From: Anaeromyxobacteraceae bacterium
GTDB lineage: Bacteria > Myxococcota > Myxococcia > Myxococcales > Anaeromyxobacteraceae
Assembly: GCA_032654565.1 (NCBI GenBank)
Contig: JAULAX010000015.1
Location: 32,001-96,000 of the forward strand
Direction of reading: 5' to 3'
Length of the DNA stretch: 64,000 bases
The notes under the pieces: generated by a model
Database searches by the model: none
Told to the model about the DNA's origin: nothing
Seen by the model: the letters and a program-made list of their open reading frames with translations, nothing else
Program-made: the position numbers and the translations under genes
Shown here: in pieces, positions 63,701 to 64,000 of the stretch
Numbering within the stretch: the stretch's first letter is position 1
Layout of the letters: every line of letters starts with the position of its first letter

Positions 63701-64000
63701 ACGCAGTCGCCGACCACGCCCTGCCAGGTGCAGCCGAAGACCAGCAGCGGCGCGGTGGCCAGCGGGGCGATCCCGGGGAGCTGGGCGCGCCCCAGCAGGA
63801 CCGGGTTGGCCGGGTCGGTGGCGTCGAGCTGCACCAGCCCCTGGCGCTGGGCCAGGTAGACGCGGACGGTGCCGTCGGCGCGGGCACCCAGGGACTGGAA
63901 CTCGGCGCCGTAGGCGGAGAGGACGCGCGGGCTGATCCGGTTGGGGTTGGCGTTGCGCTCACCGGAGGGCTCGCTGACGTTGCCGGCGGCGTCGACCGCC
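60757..64000 (-). CDS. Large surface protein with LVIVD-type beta-propeller repeats, 5'-truncated by the window edge
   Basis: Frame open to base 64000 (AVDAAGNVSEP, FN3/Ig-like); repeats LDVSNPTVP, WDVTDRTAP, VDVSNPSAP, LDVRSKSAP. Confidence 0.85.
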   Translation of the reverse strand, partial: AVDAAGNVSEPSGERNANPNRISPRVLSAYGAEFQSLGARADGTVRVYLAQRQGLVQLDATDPANPVLLGRAQLPGIAPLATAPLLVFGCTWQGVVGDCVYLAGSSLEADYRSEPAAYRASVTVFFFPAAPRGGVPSLGVPVASLHARAETLALAPDGLTLWAVERHQVRAYSVADPLAPVPLGEPLQFLDAAGQKVVPTRFHGAGVVPGGTGLLLGVLASPAAGDPTLYTFDVARPTVATAFPGTALRTEAGGSLTTLPNWDYYAPVPAEPVAAFFGAFHVGYVTIDRVGLTGVTQVATFDPAGLNFPRPERSLLLASGPMVSKFPPRLFAATAQDAAPAVASGDHFYLGTYDATVSPRGNLEVRRFTDAAGALQQTVQVDLAQIGNEVRALGVADAGGIDRVLASGGSSFVGNRVTHAEVKADGATAAVTLHAEFLDNSFAQGNGWVFARAISGAIDVLDVSNPTVPARVGSYAETGHRLYPKVVHGHTLYALDVLTSVFSWSLRLFDIGADGTLTSASTVPLSSTSAWVVPAGNRLFLPVSGGIQLWDVTDRTAPVLSATLPVSANSLVVRGDTLYVTTSAGALQIYGLSGTNVTMLGQTASVGIGYNLSVRGDTALLDTTVVDVSNPSAPAVETGTYGVYKAAVLQGGYLIGQSKWGTAPSATTSAPPPESGPRFYARGGGFDGAQPFAACGAGTSYYPTTLEVSGATLFAHCNQNGLVLSTPVNPAGGELASESLVNLAVPYSYGPPVAPLAGDDNLLVLGGINAGGSTFPSFWRADPGRQAAGVPPRPVFVGTAPAIPHQLAWIDGDVLAAFAGNPATLQLFDASRGTAAWGPRGSVSTGVNGQAIPALVSDTEAAYAVVDQSGASSTLVALDVRSKSAPLLAATIAGAATEKLIGLALHRRRLYAASTVTTGGTSWDARVRVWSALAPAALVELAPVTLGALHPMKTVRDVAVTGRWLFFTYDGAVGHSPYGLGVVLLGPGGDGTGATLVGTFESPLPLGNPTPTGDLLYARHNLGLATFDLAPLFRGGRFPTYLGSRRTSEALFTQNAARLLVAGPWAYLLGGDKFRVFDLR

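Overview
Very GC-rich (roughly three-quarters G+C by eye) bacterial chromosomal DNA. Gene content and style suggest Myxococcota, most likely Anaeromyxobacter-like (inference). There are about 58 real CDSs; most long ORFs in the six-frame track are GC-rich shadow frames. Housekeeping content: hinT, prolyl oligopeptidase, dtd, astA-like, argC-argB, TamA/TamB, an NFACT/RqcH homolog, glk-pmm-manC-Nudix-uppP, sahR-ahcY, metK, and a complete mannose-family PTS locus with ptsI/ptsH/rapZ/hprK. I saw no rRNA, tRNA, CRISPR array, transposase or prophage. The most interesting items are: (1) a five-gene cassette of lipoprotein, ECF sigma, zinc anti-sigma, exported caspase with a beta-barrel-like tail, and a paralogous lipoprotein (12.8-17.8 kb); (2) a 21-aa, 12-Lys micropeptide with its own sigma70-type promoter, a GATC-dense upstream region and an intrinsic terminator directly abutting the RBS of the ribosome-rescue gene rqcH (33.4-33.7 kb); (3) a highly structured ~460-bp intergenic region with two covarying 33-nt repeats exactly 150 bp apart, a candidate novel ncRNA (38.6-39.1 kb); (4) a recurrent TAnnnT-(6-11 nt)-start-codon architecture suggesting widespread leaderless transcription. 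Start codons were picked by eye and may shift by a few codons.
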